From an uncultured Spirochaetaceae bacterium (GTDB lineage Bacteria > Spirochaetota > Spirochaetia > SZUA-6 > DRHE01), in NCBI GenBank assembly GCA_964495755.1, contig CAZBXU010000001.1, forward strand, positions 14,798-62,993: a stretch of 48,196 bases of DNA, written 5' to 3'. The stretch's first letter is position 1. Each line of letters opens with the position of its first letter. Shown piece after piece: positions 9,370 through 18,996 of this stretch. Below the pieces are notes generated by a model. It made no database searches. It was not told the origin of the DNA and worked only from the letters and a program-made list of their open reading frames with translations. Both the position numbers and the translations under genes were made by a program.

Positions 9370-10605
9370 GCTATAATAGCCCATCACAACCGCATCGCCC
9401 TGTCTGACTTCGCCGTTCATAGCAACAATCCCAAGTATGAGTTTATGGGAAAAGGCGTTCCCGAGATGATCGCTGTCGAGTTGGCAAAGTCTACGGATGT
9501 GGATCTGATCGAACGGGAAAAGCGGGCGGAGGTACTCGAAGAGATCGAGTTCGCCTTCTCCGATTTGGCGGATACCACCAAGCAGGTCGAGGTGGGAAAG
9601 ATGTTGGCCACGAAGTACCTCGTTTTCGGCGAGATAATAGACATGGACAAGGAAGTCCTGATCAGCCTGCGGATGATCGATCGAAGCAAAGGAAGAGCTC
9701 ATAATCGCTCGCAGGATCGACCCCGACAACGAGGCGGTCCAGGCATATCTCAGCAAGTTACTCGTAAACCTCTCGAAGTTTAAGTTTGAAGCCGCTGCGA
9801 TGCAGCTGCCCAGACAGAACCCGGCATACCTCGGAATCCTGCAGTATGCTCAAATATCCATTATGGTGAACATGAATGACAAGTGGTCGACACCACTCCT
9901 TGATGCGTTCGGTGTGGTCTATAAGGGTGCTTTTCTCCATGTTATTGCGGGATACAGCTTTCCACTTGGCACACACCTCGGTGTGCAGGCAAATTTATTT
10001 TCGCATAGTTCTTACGAAAATTTCCGCACACCAATCACCGAGCATGACGAGATTCGTGTAGGTCATCGGGACCGGGGCGCCCAGCTCAGCTTTGGATGGG
10101 CTGCCGCCGACTGGGCGTCCATAGGGATTGGCGCATCTGTTTTCTCGATGGATGCTGAATTCGAAACGCGGGGAAGCGGAATTACCATACCACCGAACGA
10201 AGAGTATATACGAACCGCATACTGTTTCGGAGTTCTTCTGAAGAATCACGACTCCACGGGAATATTTGACATCCTTTCTTGATACTCGTTTACTCGCCAA
10301 TATCTACTTCATGCTGATGAGTTCAAGGATTTTATTGACTAAGGAACGATATCTTTATCGATCAATCTTCCTATACCGGTCGAGTCAATCCGGGAGTTGA
10401 GTTCTGGCTGACCGAGTGGTTTTCGGTGAGAGGAGCGCTGGAGCTGTCAATCCACAAAATGGAAGATGTTTTCGCTTTCGGCATTGGTGGTTTTGGGGGG
10501 ATTGGATTCAGGAGCATACGACGTGGCTGGGATTTCGAACTTGGCGGTTCCTATCGAATGGAGTCAATTGTAACGCACATAACACTGTTGGAGGCACAGC
10601 ATTAA
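9370..10605 (+). pseudogene. Decayed gene: a CsgG/LpoB-like periplasmic domain followed by a strand-rich C-terminal region, broken over at least three frames and lacking an N-terminus
   Basis: Frame 1 reads RIALSDFAVHSNNPKYEFMGKGVPEMIAVELAKSTDVDLIEREKRAEVLEEIEF..GKMLATKYLVFGEIIDMDKEVLISLRMID, then turns into Arg-rich nonsense. The sensible reading (IEAKEELIIARRIDPDNEAVQAYL...) continues in frame 2 from 9677 and runs into ORF 9800..10282. A third piece (10339-10605, frame 1) reads ..YTGRVNPGVEFWLTEWFSVRGALELS..GGFGGIGFRS... An upstream in-frame TAG lies at 9367, and no signal peptide is present. Confidence 0.45.
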
Positions 10606-10705
10606 GCCTTGCTTGAACGAAATCCACAGGTAGCAAGAGCGCGAATAGAGGGAGGAGCGGACGGTCAACACTCAAGCCCGGGAGTATCAACCCTGTGCGG
10701 TCTCA

Positions 10706-11710
10706 TCACACGGACAGGTCCGCACCGTAGGGAAGGACGCCGCCGATCGATTCCTGATTGAGGAAAAAAAGTAGGAGGCGTTCCAGACCGAGAGCCACCC
10801 CGGAACACTTCGGCAGCCCCTGTTGACGGATGATCCGAACCAGCTCCCAGTCGCTGGGGTGGAACTCGAGCCCCTGCCGTTTCTTCTTCTCCTGTTCTGT
10901 GAAGAAGACTTCGATGCGGTCAGGGTCGGTCTGCTCGGAATAGCAGTTGGCCACCTCTACGCCGGCCAGGTACAGCTCCCAGCGCTCCGCCCACGGAGTG
11001 CCGGGTTTGTTACGGGCCAAAGTGGGTATCAGGGCGGGGTAATCGTAGAGGATCACGGGTCGGCAGTGGGGTAGGTTGGGTTCAACAGCGCTCAAGAAGA
11101 TTTTGTGGAAGAGATCCTCCGGGCGGTCCTCCCCGGTAACCGTGAGACCTAGCTTCAGAGTCGCCTCCGCGAGAGAGTCGTAGTCCGAGAGCCGTTGCAG
11201 ATCGAGCTGCAGGTATTCGTGAAACGCTTCGGCCATGGACAAGCGCAGGAAGGGCCGGGAGCAGTCCACCCGGTGGTCGCCGAAGGTTAGAAGAGGATCT
11301 CTGTCCGTTTTCTCCAAAAGGTGGGAGAACAACTCCTCCAGCGTGTACATGGACTGCAAGTAGTCCGCCTGCAGGGTATACCATTCCAGCATGGTGAACT
11401 CGGGGCTGTGCAGGGGGCCGGCGGGTTCGCTGTTGCGGAAAGACTTGCAGATTTGGAAGATGCTTCCACTGCCCCTTGCTATCAGGCGTTTCATCCACAG
11501 TTCCGGCGAGGGGATGAGAAATGCATCCCGGTCCGTGCCGTCCGCCGAGCGGTAGCAGGTACGAAACACTTCCAGACTGCCCTCCGGAATCAGAGTCGGG
11601 CAGAGCAGGGCTGTGTCCACCTCGAGATAATCCCGGTCCAGGAAAAACATCCTGACCAGCTGAAGGAGCTTTGCCCGTTCACGCAGGGTTTGCAAGTTGA
11701 TAACGGTCAT
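10706..11710 (-). CDS. epmA: EF-P--(R)-beta-lysine ligase EpmA (PoxA/GenX, a truncated class II LysRS paralogue)
   Basis: Class II aaRS core motifs (FLDRDYLEVDT; FRNSE..HSPEFTMLEWY; GVALGLERLL) with no anticodon-binding domain. The ATG at 11710 has a GGGAG SD 8 nt upstream. The track start at 11794 has no SD and would overlap the divergent gene. Confidence 0.8.
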   Translation of the reverse strand: MTVINLQTLRERAKLLQLVRMFFLDRDYLEVDTALLCPTLIPEGSLEVFRTCYRSADGTDRDAFLIPSPELWMKRLIARGSGSIFQICKSFRNSEPAGPLHSPEFTMLEWYTLQADYLQSMYTLEELFSHLLEKTDRDPLLTFGDHRVDCSRPFLRLSMAEAFHEYLQLDLQRLSDYDSLAEATLKLGLTVTGEDRPEDLFHKIFLSAVEPNLPHCRPVILYDYPALIPTLARNKPGTPWAERWELYLAGVEVANCYSEQTDPDRIEVFFTEQEKKKRQGLEFHPSDWELVRIIRQQGLPKCSGVALGLERLLLFFLNQESIGGVLPYGADLSV

Positions 11711-11744
11711 ATCGACTTCTCCCATTGGACGGAGAGGTGTTGGG

Positions 11745-14700
11745 ATGACTATATTCTCAAAAGCATCGGTTCGTGAAGGTACCAAGGAGACCATCTTGAA
11801 TCCAGATGATATTTCACCCGGCTATCGCAGCGCGGGTTTCGAGGCGATATCCAACAAGGACACGCGGGAATACAGCTCTCGGGCATTACATTTTCGTCAT
11901 TTAAGCACGGGGTGCGAGGTGTTTCATCTCTGGAACGATGATCCTGAGAATCTGTTTGCCTTTGCCTTTCGTACTCCCCCCCAGGACGATACCGGAGCGG
12001 CTCATATCCTGGAGCACTCGGTTCTCTGCGGCTCGAAACGGTTTGCCCTCAAGGATCCTTTCGTTGTGCTGTTGAAAAGCAGTTTACAGACCTTTCTCAA
12101 TGCCTTTACGTTTCCGGATAAAACCGTATACCCGGCTGCCAGCATGGTTGAAAAGGATTTCTTCAATCTCATGCTGGTAACCGGGGACGCCGTTTTTTTC
12201 CCCCTGCTCCAGCGGGAAGTGTTCATGCAGGAGGCTCACCACCTCGAACCGTCCGCAACGGAAGATCAGGAGGATGAGCTGATACGAACCGGAGTCGTGT
12301 ACAACGAAATGAAGGGAGTGTTTTCCAGCCCCGAATCGATCGTGGCCTATACCTCGATGCGCAGCCTCTTCCCCGACACACCCTACGGTTTTGAATCCGG
12401 CGGCCATCCTGAAGCGATCGCTTCCCTGACCCACGGGGAGCTGCGGGCATTCCACAGGCGGTTCTACCATCCGGGGAACTGCCGGATTTTTCTCTACGGA
12501 AATATCCCCACTCCTCAAACTCTCGAATTCCTCGAGGAAAATTTCCTGAAATCATTCGGCCCGGCGCAAATCGACTCCCACCTGGTTCTGCAACCCCGCT
12601 GGCAGGAGCCGCGAATGGTAGAGCAGACCTTTCCCATGGAAGCAGGCACACGGGAAAATCTCAAGAGGAAGTCTTCTGTCACTCTGAACTGGTTGACCGT
12701 ACCGGTCAAGGATCCGCTCAAACTCCTGTCCTTCGAGGTGCTTACGGAACTGCTTATCGGCAACGAGGGCGCCCCTGTGCACAGGGCTCTGCTGGAGTCC
12801 AAATTGGGAGACGATCTTTGCCCGGCTGCGGGTCTGGAGACGGAGCTGAACGAGCTCACGTTTTCGGTAGGTCTGCGGGGCACAGAACCGGAATCGGCCG
12901 GTGCAATTGAGTCCGTAGTATTCGAGAGCCTCCGAGCCCTGGTGGATCGGGGAGTGACGGAAGAAGCGCTACAGGCCGCGCTGCACCAGGTCGAGTTCGG
13001 TAATCGTGAGATCAAAAGGGGAGGGCGGCCCTACTCCTTGACACTTATGCGGCGGGCATTGCGCGGTTGGCTGCACGGCAGTGATCCGGAGACCACCCTC
13101 GAGTTTCAGCGCTGGATGGATGTACTGAAATCGGAGGTCGCTGAAGGCGGATATTTCGAACGGCTGATAGAGGAGTATCTGCTTGCCAATCCTCACAGAA
13201 CCACCGTTGTGCTTCGGCCCGATCCGGAGCAGCAGAAACGGGAAGAAGAGGCGGGGAAAAAGGAGCTTTTATCCCTCAGACAGGCCATGGGCCGGGAAGG
13301 CCTCCGGCAGTTGCAGGTGGATCTGGACAAGCTCAAGATGTTTCAGGAGCAGCAGGATCCTCCGGAGATCTTATCACGGATTCCCGCCCTGCACCTGAGC
13401 GATCTGCGCCGAGAGGTGGAAAAGATCCCCACCGAACGGATAGACCCCGGTCCGCTTCTTTTCCACGATCTGTACACCAACGGTATCGTCTATCTCGATC
13501 TGGCCTTCGACACCTCGGGGGTCAGAAAGGAACTGCGGCACCTCTTGCCTCTTTTCAGCCGGGCGGTCCGAGGAAGTGGTCTGCCCGGGATACCGTACTA
13601 CGATGTTGCTGGCAGGCTTTCCCTGCATACGGGGGGCTTCGGCGCTTCCTTGAGTGCCGATACCAAGGTTGCCCCGCCGGGAAATATCGAAGAAGGGTTG
13701 GTTTTTCGGGTAAAGATGCTCGAGCAGAATGTTCCGGCAGCGGTTGCCCTTGTGGGGGAGCTGCTCCTGTCGGCGGATTTTCAAGACCTGGAGAGGATGC
13801 GCACGATCGTCCTGGAGATGCGCAATGACCTCAAGGCGTCTCTGGTGCCCGCGGGCAGTCATTACGCAGCTCTTCGCGCCGGGGGACGTCTTTCACCGGC
13901 ACTGGCGATCGAGGAGCAATGGAAGGGGATCTCGCAGTACATCTGGCTCAATGGGGTCTGCCAGGATCTACAGCGGGATCTTCCCGATCTGGGGGCCAAC
14001 TTGAGCGCACTCAGAGCATCATTGCTCTCCCCCTCCGGGCTTACCGTCAATCTGACCTGCGGGCGGAGCGCCTTGGACCGAGTCATTCCCGTTGTTGAGG
14101 ATTTGGTTGCAGCCCTGGGCCATTCCCAACCCGGGCAGTTGGCATCCGGCGAATCTGAAGGTCCGAATCCGATCGGCGCACAGGTCCGCCCGGCTTTGGA
14201 GACCCTGGTTGGGTCAATGAACGTGAACTTCGTTGCCCATGCGATTCCCGGCAGTTCCTTCGGCAGTGTAGAAAATGCCCACGAAACGGTTTTGGCCCAC
14301 TACCTGGCTACCGGATTTCTCTGGGAACGGATCCGCATGCAGGGCGGCGCCTACGGCGCCGGTGCATCTGCGAACGGGCTGGAGGCTTTGTTTGGTTTTT
14401 CTTCTTACAGGGACCCAAACACTCTGGATACGCTGGAAGTTTTTCGGGAGGGACTCCGCTCTGCCGCCGGAAGCGAATTCGACCGGGCGATGTTTGAAAA
14501 AATCGTCCTTGGTGCGGCGGGAAAGGAGGAGCGGCCCATGGCGCCGGGAGAAAAGGGGTTTGTCGCTTTGAAGCGGGAGCTGCTCGGAATCCGGGATGAC
14601 CAACGTCAGGCGCGAAGGGATGCCTTGATCGACTGCACGCCGGAGCAGATCGCCGCGGCGGCAGAGCGTTTGCTGGCCAGTTTCGACAGCGGTGTTACGG

Positions 14701-14786
14701 CGATTGTCACCCACCCACGGGCGGTGCAGAGGGACAAACAGCGCTTGGAAAAGTTAAAGGCCGTCTCGGTTCAGCTCCCGGACTAA
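11745..14786 (+). CDS. M16C family zinc metallopeptidase (PreP/insulinase-like)
   Basis: About 1010 aa. Inverted zinc motif HILEH in AAHILEHSVLCGS, plus the typical PreP N-terminal block (NDDPENLFAFAFRTPP). The ATG at 11745 is preceded by GGAGAGG; the track start at 11697 is TTG. Confidence 0.85.
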   Translation: MTIFSKASVREGTKETILNPDDISPGYRSAGFEAISNKDTREYSSRALHFRHLSTGCEVFHLWNDDPENLFAFAFRTPPQDDTGAAHILEHSVLCGSKRFALKDPFVVLLKSSLQTFLNAFTFPDKTVYPAASMVEKDFFNLMLVTGDAVFFPLLQREVFMQEAHHLEPSATEDQEDELIRTGVVYNEMKGVFSSPESIVAYTSMRSLFPDTPYGFESGGHPEAIASLTHGELRAFHRRFYHPGNCRIFLYGNIPTPQTLEFLEENFLKSFGPAQIDSHLVLQPRWQEPRMVEQTFPMEAGTRENLKRKSSVTLNWLTVPVKDPLKLLSFEVLTELLIGNEGAPVHRALLESKLGDDLCPAAGLETELNELTFSVGLRGTEPESAGAIESVVFESLRALVDRGVTEEALQAALHQVEFGNREIKRGGRPYSLTLMRRALRGWLHGSDPETTLEFQRWMDVLKSEVAEGGYFERLIEEYLLANPHRTTVVLRPDPEQQKREEEAGKKELLSLRQAMGREGLRQLQVDLDKLKMFQEQQDPPEILSRIPALHLSDLRREVEKIPTERIDPGPLLFHDLYTNGIVYLDLAFDTSGVRKELRHLLPLFSRAVRGSGLPGIPYYDVAGRLSLHTGGFGASLSADTKVAPPGNIEEGLVFRVKMLEQNVPAAVALVGELLLSADFQDLERMRTIVLEMRNDLKASLVPAGSHYAALRAGGRLSPALAIEEQWKGISQYIWLNGVCQDLQRDLPDLGANLSALRASLLSPSGLTVNLTCGRSALDRVIPVVEDLVAALGHSQPGQLASGESEGPNPIGAQVRPALETLVGSMNVNFVAHAIPGSSFGSVENAHETVLAHYLATGFLWERIRMQGGAYGAGASANGLEALFGFSSYRDPNTLDTLEVFREGLRSAAGSEFDRAMFEKIVLGAAGKEERPMAPGEKGFVALKRELLGIRDDQRQARRDALIDCTPEQIAAAAERLLASFDSGVTAIVTHPRAVQRDKQRLEKLKAVSVQLPD

Positions 14787-17344
14787 TCTCCACGAGCCTC
14801 TGCGGGGATCGTCACGGTGACTGTGGTTCCATGACCGAAGACGGATCGAAAACACATCGTCCCCCCATGATCTCGAACGATGCGTTGGGATACCGAAAGA
14901 CCAAGCCCGGTCCCGCCTTTTTCCCCACGGGTAGTAAAAAAAGGATCGGTCACCCTGGCCAGACTGTCCGCAGAGATGCCTGCTCCCTGATCCGCAACCT
15001 CGATACAGAGGAACTTGCGAGCGGTGTCGAAGCGGGTGGAGATCCGCACTTGCCGCTGTCTGTCCGGCAAGGACTGGCAGGCGTTGTGCAGCAGATTCAT
15101 AATCACCTGCTCCATCCCGATTCGGTCCGCGGGAACCGTGGGAATATCGGTCTGGAGAACAAGGTCAAAACGATCCGTTGCTCTGACGATCATGTGCCGC
15201 GACAGATCCACCACCGTGCGAATCACCTGGTTCATGTCGGTGGATTCCCTCTTGCCCTTCGTTCCTCCCCGAACGAACCTCTTGAGCTCTGAGACGATGT
15301 GGTCGATCCTTGTGGTGCTGGCCCCGATTTCAGAAATCGCCGATCTGGAGGCTTCTTTGAAATCCTCGTAGCTCATCCCGGACAGGCGGATATCTTCATC
15401 GATTTCTTCAGCCGAATCCGCCAGGGCGAACAGATGGGGTAGACCGTCTAAGAGGAAGCGGGCGTTCATAACGATGACCTGGTTCGGATTGTTCACCTCG
15501 TGGGCTACGCCGGCAACCAAGGCTCCGAGGGATGCCAATTTATCCGTCCGCATGAGCTGCTGCTGTTGGGCCTGAAGGCGTTCGGCCGCTTCTTTGCGCT
15601 CGGAGATGTCGCGGATGATTACGACATTCGCCGCTTCATTCTGCCAGGTGGTACGCGCGCCGGTAATCTCCACGGGAATCACCTTTCCATGGCGGGAAAC
15701 GATGCGGGTCTCGTAGCAGCGGGGGGCATCCCGCCCGGCCATTCTTTCACTGAAACGATGGCTGACGGAGGCAAGCTCATCCGGGTGAACGAAGTCTGTG
15801 AAATGCATTCGTCTCAGGTCCACGGGGCTGTATCCGGAGATCTCGGTTGAGTGTAAATTGGCATAGAGAACCTGCCCTTGATGGGAAAGGATCAGGATGG
15901 CGTCGTTGGCGTTTTCTGCAAGCGCTTTGAAGTTCCCCTCGGCCGCCCGCAGGTACGAGACCATCTGATTGTATCCACGGGCGAGCTGCCCGACTTCATC
16001 CTCCGACGGTACCGGAACGAACATTCTGTAATTCCCCGATGACACCTGCTGGACAGCCTCGAGGAGAATACGGAGGGGTTTAAACAAGCCTCGACGGAAG
16101 GCCATTGGAAATCCAAGGACAACCAGGATGGAGGTGATCAGCGCGATAAGTGCGATTTTGGAGCAGAAGCGGTGAATCGCCAGACGGTACTCTGTGTAGG
16201 GCAATCCCACCCGGTAGGAAACGCCTCGATCGGTGATCGTGTAATACAGGTAGAAACTGTCGGTATCGTTCAAATCTAGATAGAGGAAACGGGGAATCAG
16301 TCCTCGACGCTCGGGGAGCAGACCTTTGCTGCCGGGTTCGCTCCCCAGACGAAGGATCGCCGTATCCGAGAGCTCCTGAGAGGAAAATTTAAGTGTGGCG
16401 GGGGAGGCGTTGGCCGGCTGGATGAAGGCTATGCCCGGAGAGAGTCCCGTTAGATCCTGATTTTGAATCGACATCCGGACCTGGTCGATTTCTCTACGGT
16501 AGCTGTCCGCCAAAGAACCGCGGACAACCGGCATCAGGGCACTGGCTGTAATACCGAAGGCCACCATGATTACAGCCAGCGGGATGCCGATCAGCTTGGT
16601 TAGATAGCTCGTCGGTTGTGGAGAATTGTTGACATAGACAACAAAGATGAGAAGACATACAAGCAAGGAGCCGGTATTGAACACCAGAGCGTAGGTACCG
16701 CGGGTGATTACACCAGTCTGGAACAGCGTATAGGTCAGGGCGATGCCAGTGGTCGCCAGGGTCAGCAGAGCGAAACTGCGGGCCGACAGGGCCACTCGTC
16801 CGCCGGGACGGGCGATACAGCGAAATACGCCGAACCGTTTCCGCTCCTGCTTCGAGGAGCGGAGGACTTTGCGAAGCAGAACCACGGTCGACCAGAAGTA
16901 GCCGATCAGTACCAGGAAGCTGACCCTGGGCCCGTACTCGTAGGTAAAGTACTCCGCCGTGAAGTCGTACACCGATTCGATATTCGGGACTACAAACAGG
17001 GAACCCCAGACGGTGAAGGCTGTCGCCGCGGAAAGAATCAGGACGATCCGGGACTCCCGAGGGTGATGGTTCACCCCGTAGTGGTAGGCGAATTGGACAA
17101 GACAGACGACCCCGAAGACAATGAGGTTCGAGAATTGGCCGGTGTTCAAGGAGGCGCTCGAGAACACGGAGTAGCGCACCGTGTAGGAGAGGAGAAGCAC
17201 GAACAGGCAGCCGAGATATCCCGCCAGATACCAGGTATCGGGATGTTTTGCCTTCAGAGAGAGCAGGTAGCCGGTTATGACGGCTAGGAGCAGCGTCGTG
17301 GTCAAGGATCCTATGGACAGGGTGGCGAATCTGAGCCAGCTCAC
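14783..17344 (-). CDS. Multi-pass membrane sensor histidine kinase (N-terminal polytopic domain, HAMP-like linker, PAS, HisKA, HATPase)
   Basis: 853 aa. GTG start 6 nt after AGGAGG. At least 6 N-terminal TM segments and a further TM before the cytoplasmic part. PAS-like region. H-box AHEVNNPNQ, N-box LLHNACQS, G-boxes DQGAGI and GTGLGLS. Confidence 0.9.
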   Translation of the reverse strand: MSWLRFATLSIGSLTTTLLLAVITGYLLSLKAKHPDTWYLAGYLGCLFVLLLSYTVRYSVFSSASLNTGQFSNLIVFGVVCLVQFAYHYGVNHHPRESRIVLILSAATAFTVWGSLFVVPNIESVYDFTAEYFTYEYGPRVSFLVLIGYFWSTVVLLRKVLRSSKQERKRFGVFRCIARPGGRVALSARSFALLTLATTGIALTYTLFQTGVITRGTYALVFNTGSLLVCLLIFVVYVNNSPQPTSYLTKLIGIPLAVIMVAFGITASALMPVVRGSLADSYRREIDQVRMSIQNQDLTGLSPGIAFIQPANASPATLKFSSQELSDTAILRLGSEPGSKGLLPERRGLIPRFLYLDLNDTDSFYLYYTITDRGVSYRVGLPYTEYRLAIHRFCSKIALIALITSILVVLGFPMAFRRGLFKPLRILLEAVQQVSSGNYRMFVPVPSEDEVGQLARGYNQMVSYLRAAEGNFKALAENANDAILILSHQGQVLYANLHSTEISGYSPVDLRRMHFTDFVHPDELASVSHRFSERMAGRDAPRCYETRIVSRHGKVIPVEITGARTTWQNEAANVVIIRDISERKEAAERLQAQQQQLMRTDKLASLGALVAGVAHEVNNPNQVIVMNARFLLDGLPHLFALADSAEEIDEDIRLSGMSYEDFKEASRSAISEIGASTTRIDHIVSELKRFVRGGTKGKRESTDMNQVIRTVVDLSRHMIVRATDRFDLVLQTDIPTVPADRIGMEQVIMNLLHNACQSLPDRQRQVRISTRFDTARKFLCIEVADQGAGISADSLARVTDPFFTTRGEKGGTGLGLSVSQRIVRDHGGTMCFRSVFGHGTTVTVTIPAEARGD

Positions 17345-17363
17345 GCCGCACCTCCTCTGGACC

Positions 17364-18797
17364 TCACGACAGGGCTCGACTCCTCGCTTCCGTATTGCCG
17401 CCTTTTCGCCGCTTGAGCCTTTTGCTAAGCGCTTGAGGAGTGATCCCGAGCAGTCCTGCTGCGATCGCTTGATTGCCCTTGGCCCGAGACAGGGCCTCTT
17501 CGATCAACCGCCCGGTCATTCCCTTCAAAGTGGGAAGCTTTTCCGGAAAGGAGAACGCCTGTTCGGCGGCGGGAAGGTGGATCTCCCCGCCCGTGTATCC
17601 CATGGCCTCGCGAAAGGGTTGAAGGGACAGCATTTTTTCCCGCTGGCGGCTTACCGCGTTGAAAATCATGGAGCGAAGCTCCCGAACATTGCCGGGAAAG
17701 TCGTAGGTTTCCAGGAGGGTGAGCAGCTCGGGGGGTACGGCCAGTTTCTTCCTGCCCAGCTGCTCTACGGCCCGGCCGTGGAAATGATCGATGAGCAGGG
17801 GTAGATCATCCCTGCGTTCCCGCAGAGGCGGGATGCGAATCTCGTAGGTCTGCAAACGATAGTAGAGATCGCGGCGGAAATGCTGCCCCGCAACCAGGTC
17901 GGGCAGCAGGCGGTGGGTGGCGATGACGAACCGTGCACTGGTTGTACGCGGCAGGTCCGACCCTAGTGGGTAGTATTCCCGAGATTCCAGTAGCCGAAGC
18001 AGCTTGATTTGGCTGGCTGCGGATAGGTCCCCGATCTCGTCGAGGAAGAGCGTACCCGAGTTCGCCTGCTGTACGAGTCCTTTGCGGTCACTGTCTGCGC
18101 CGGTGTATGCACCTTTCGTGTGTCCAAAAAGTGTATCGGCAAACACGCTGTCGTCCAATCCGGCGCTGTTTACCTTTACCAGAGGTCCCCGCAGGGCGCT
18201 GACTGCGTGGATCGCCTCGGCAAAAAGCTCCTTGCCCGTGCCGGTTTCCCCGGTGATCAGGACCGTTTCTGCTGTTGGGCCGATGGATTCGATGAATCGG
18301 AAAATCGCGTGGACACGATGATTGCGGCTTACGATCGAGCGAAATGCCTCCGGATGGCTGATCTTGTCTGCCAGTAGACCTTCCCTGAGGGAGTTGTAGC
18401 GGCGGGAAAGACGCCGCATGTCGATGGCCCGCCCGACACCGCTGGTCAGCCTGTTCGGCTCGACAGCCTTGATCATGTAGTCAAAGGCTCCTTCCTTCAT
18501 ACAACCCACAGCCATGTCGATGTCTTCTGATGCGGTGACGATGATGACCGGGATATGGGGGTATAACTCGTGGATCTTTCTCAGCAGCTCATCCCCGGTA
18601 ATGTGAGGCATGGAGATGTCCAGCAGGACGGCCTCCACCTCCCGCTTCTCCATAAGGGGGAGAACCTCCCGGGAATCGCTGCAGGTCAGTAGATTGTCAA
18701 TCCCGGCGGATTTCAGCACTTTTGCCATGCTTGAGAGGACTGCCGGCTCGTCGTCGACCAGGAGCACAGGTACTTCGGGGTTCTCGCCGCTGTTCAT
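17364..18797 (-). CDS. Sigma-54-dependent response regulator (NtrC family enhancer-binding protein)
   Basis: Receiver domain (VLLVDDEP, LLDISMP). AAA+ domain with GETGTGKE, a GAFTGA-loop variant GAYTGA, and FRRDLYYRL. C-terminal Fis-type HTH (GNQAIAAGLLGITPQALSKRLK). It lies 19 nt upstream of the kinase gene. Confidence 0.9.
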   Translation of the reverse strand: MNSGENPEVPVLLVDDEPAVLSSMAKVLKSAGIDNLLTCSDSREVLPLMEKREVEAVLLDISMPHITGDELLRKIHELYPHIPVIIVTASEDIDMAVGCMKEGAFDYMIKAVEPNRLTSGVGRAIDMRRLSRRYNSLREGLLADKISHPEAFRSIVSRNHRVHAIFRFIESIGPTAETVLITGETGTGKELFAEAIHAVSALRGPLVKVNSAGLDDSVFADTLFGHTKGAYTGADSDRKGLVQQANSGTLFLDEIGDLSAASQIKLLRLLESREYYPLGSDLPRTTSARFVIATHRLLPDLVAGQHFRRDLYYRLQTYEIRIPPLRERRDDLPLLIDHFHGRAVEQLGRKKLAVPPELLTLLETYDFPGNVRELRSMIFNAVSRQREKMLSLQPFREAMGYTGGEIHLPAAEQAFSFPEKLPTLKGMTGRLIEEALSRAKGNQAIAAGLLGITPQALSKRLKRRKGGNTEARSRALS

Positions 18798-18996
18798 AGC
18801 ATCTCCCCGCCGTTCATCTCCCCGGTGTATGCGGTATTTTTAAGTATGTCCCTCAGGGATTCCGTAGGCTACCCAAACTATAGCCTCAACTCCATTGATA
18901 GGTCAATGTCACTCTGTCTGCTTTGTACGTCAAACACCTTCCTAAATTCATCCTTCTGTGCTACTAATGACAGAGTTTAAGAAAACGCCTATGAAT

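Noticed and set aside
14783-14786. Convergent genes with overlapping stop codons and no terminator (CTAA at 14783-14786, also CTAG at 33563-33566, a 4-nt gap at 8696-8699 and a 35-nt overlap at 26304-26338)
   Set aside because: The pattern is consistent with general genome compaction in this segment. Nothing sequence-specific, such as a shared hairpin or motif, was found at these junctions.
16494-17351. 285-aa minus-strand ORF overlapping the 5' part of the histidine kinase gene
   Set aside because: It has the same strand but a different frame, and its translation is Arg/Pro-rich. The kinase frame encodes coherent TM helices there and has an AGGAGG-GTG start.
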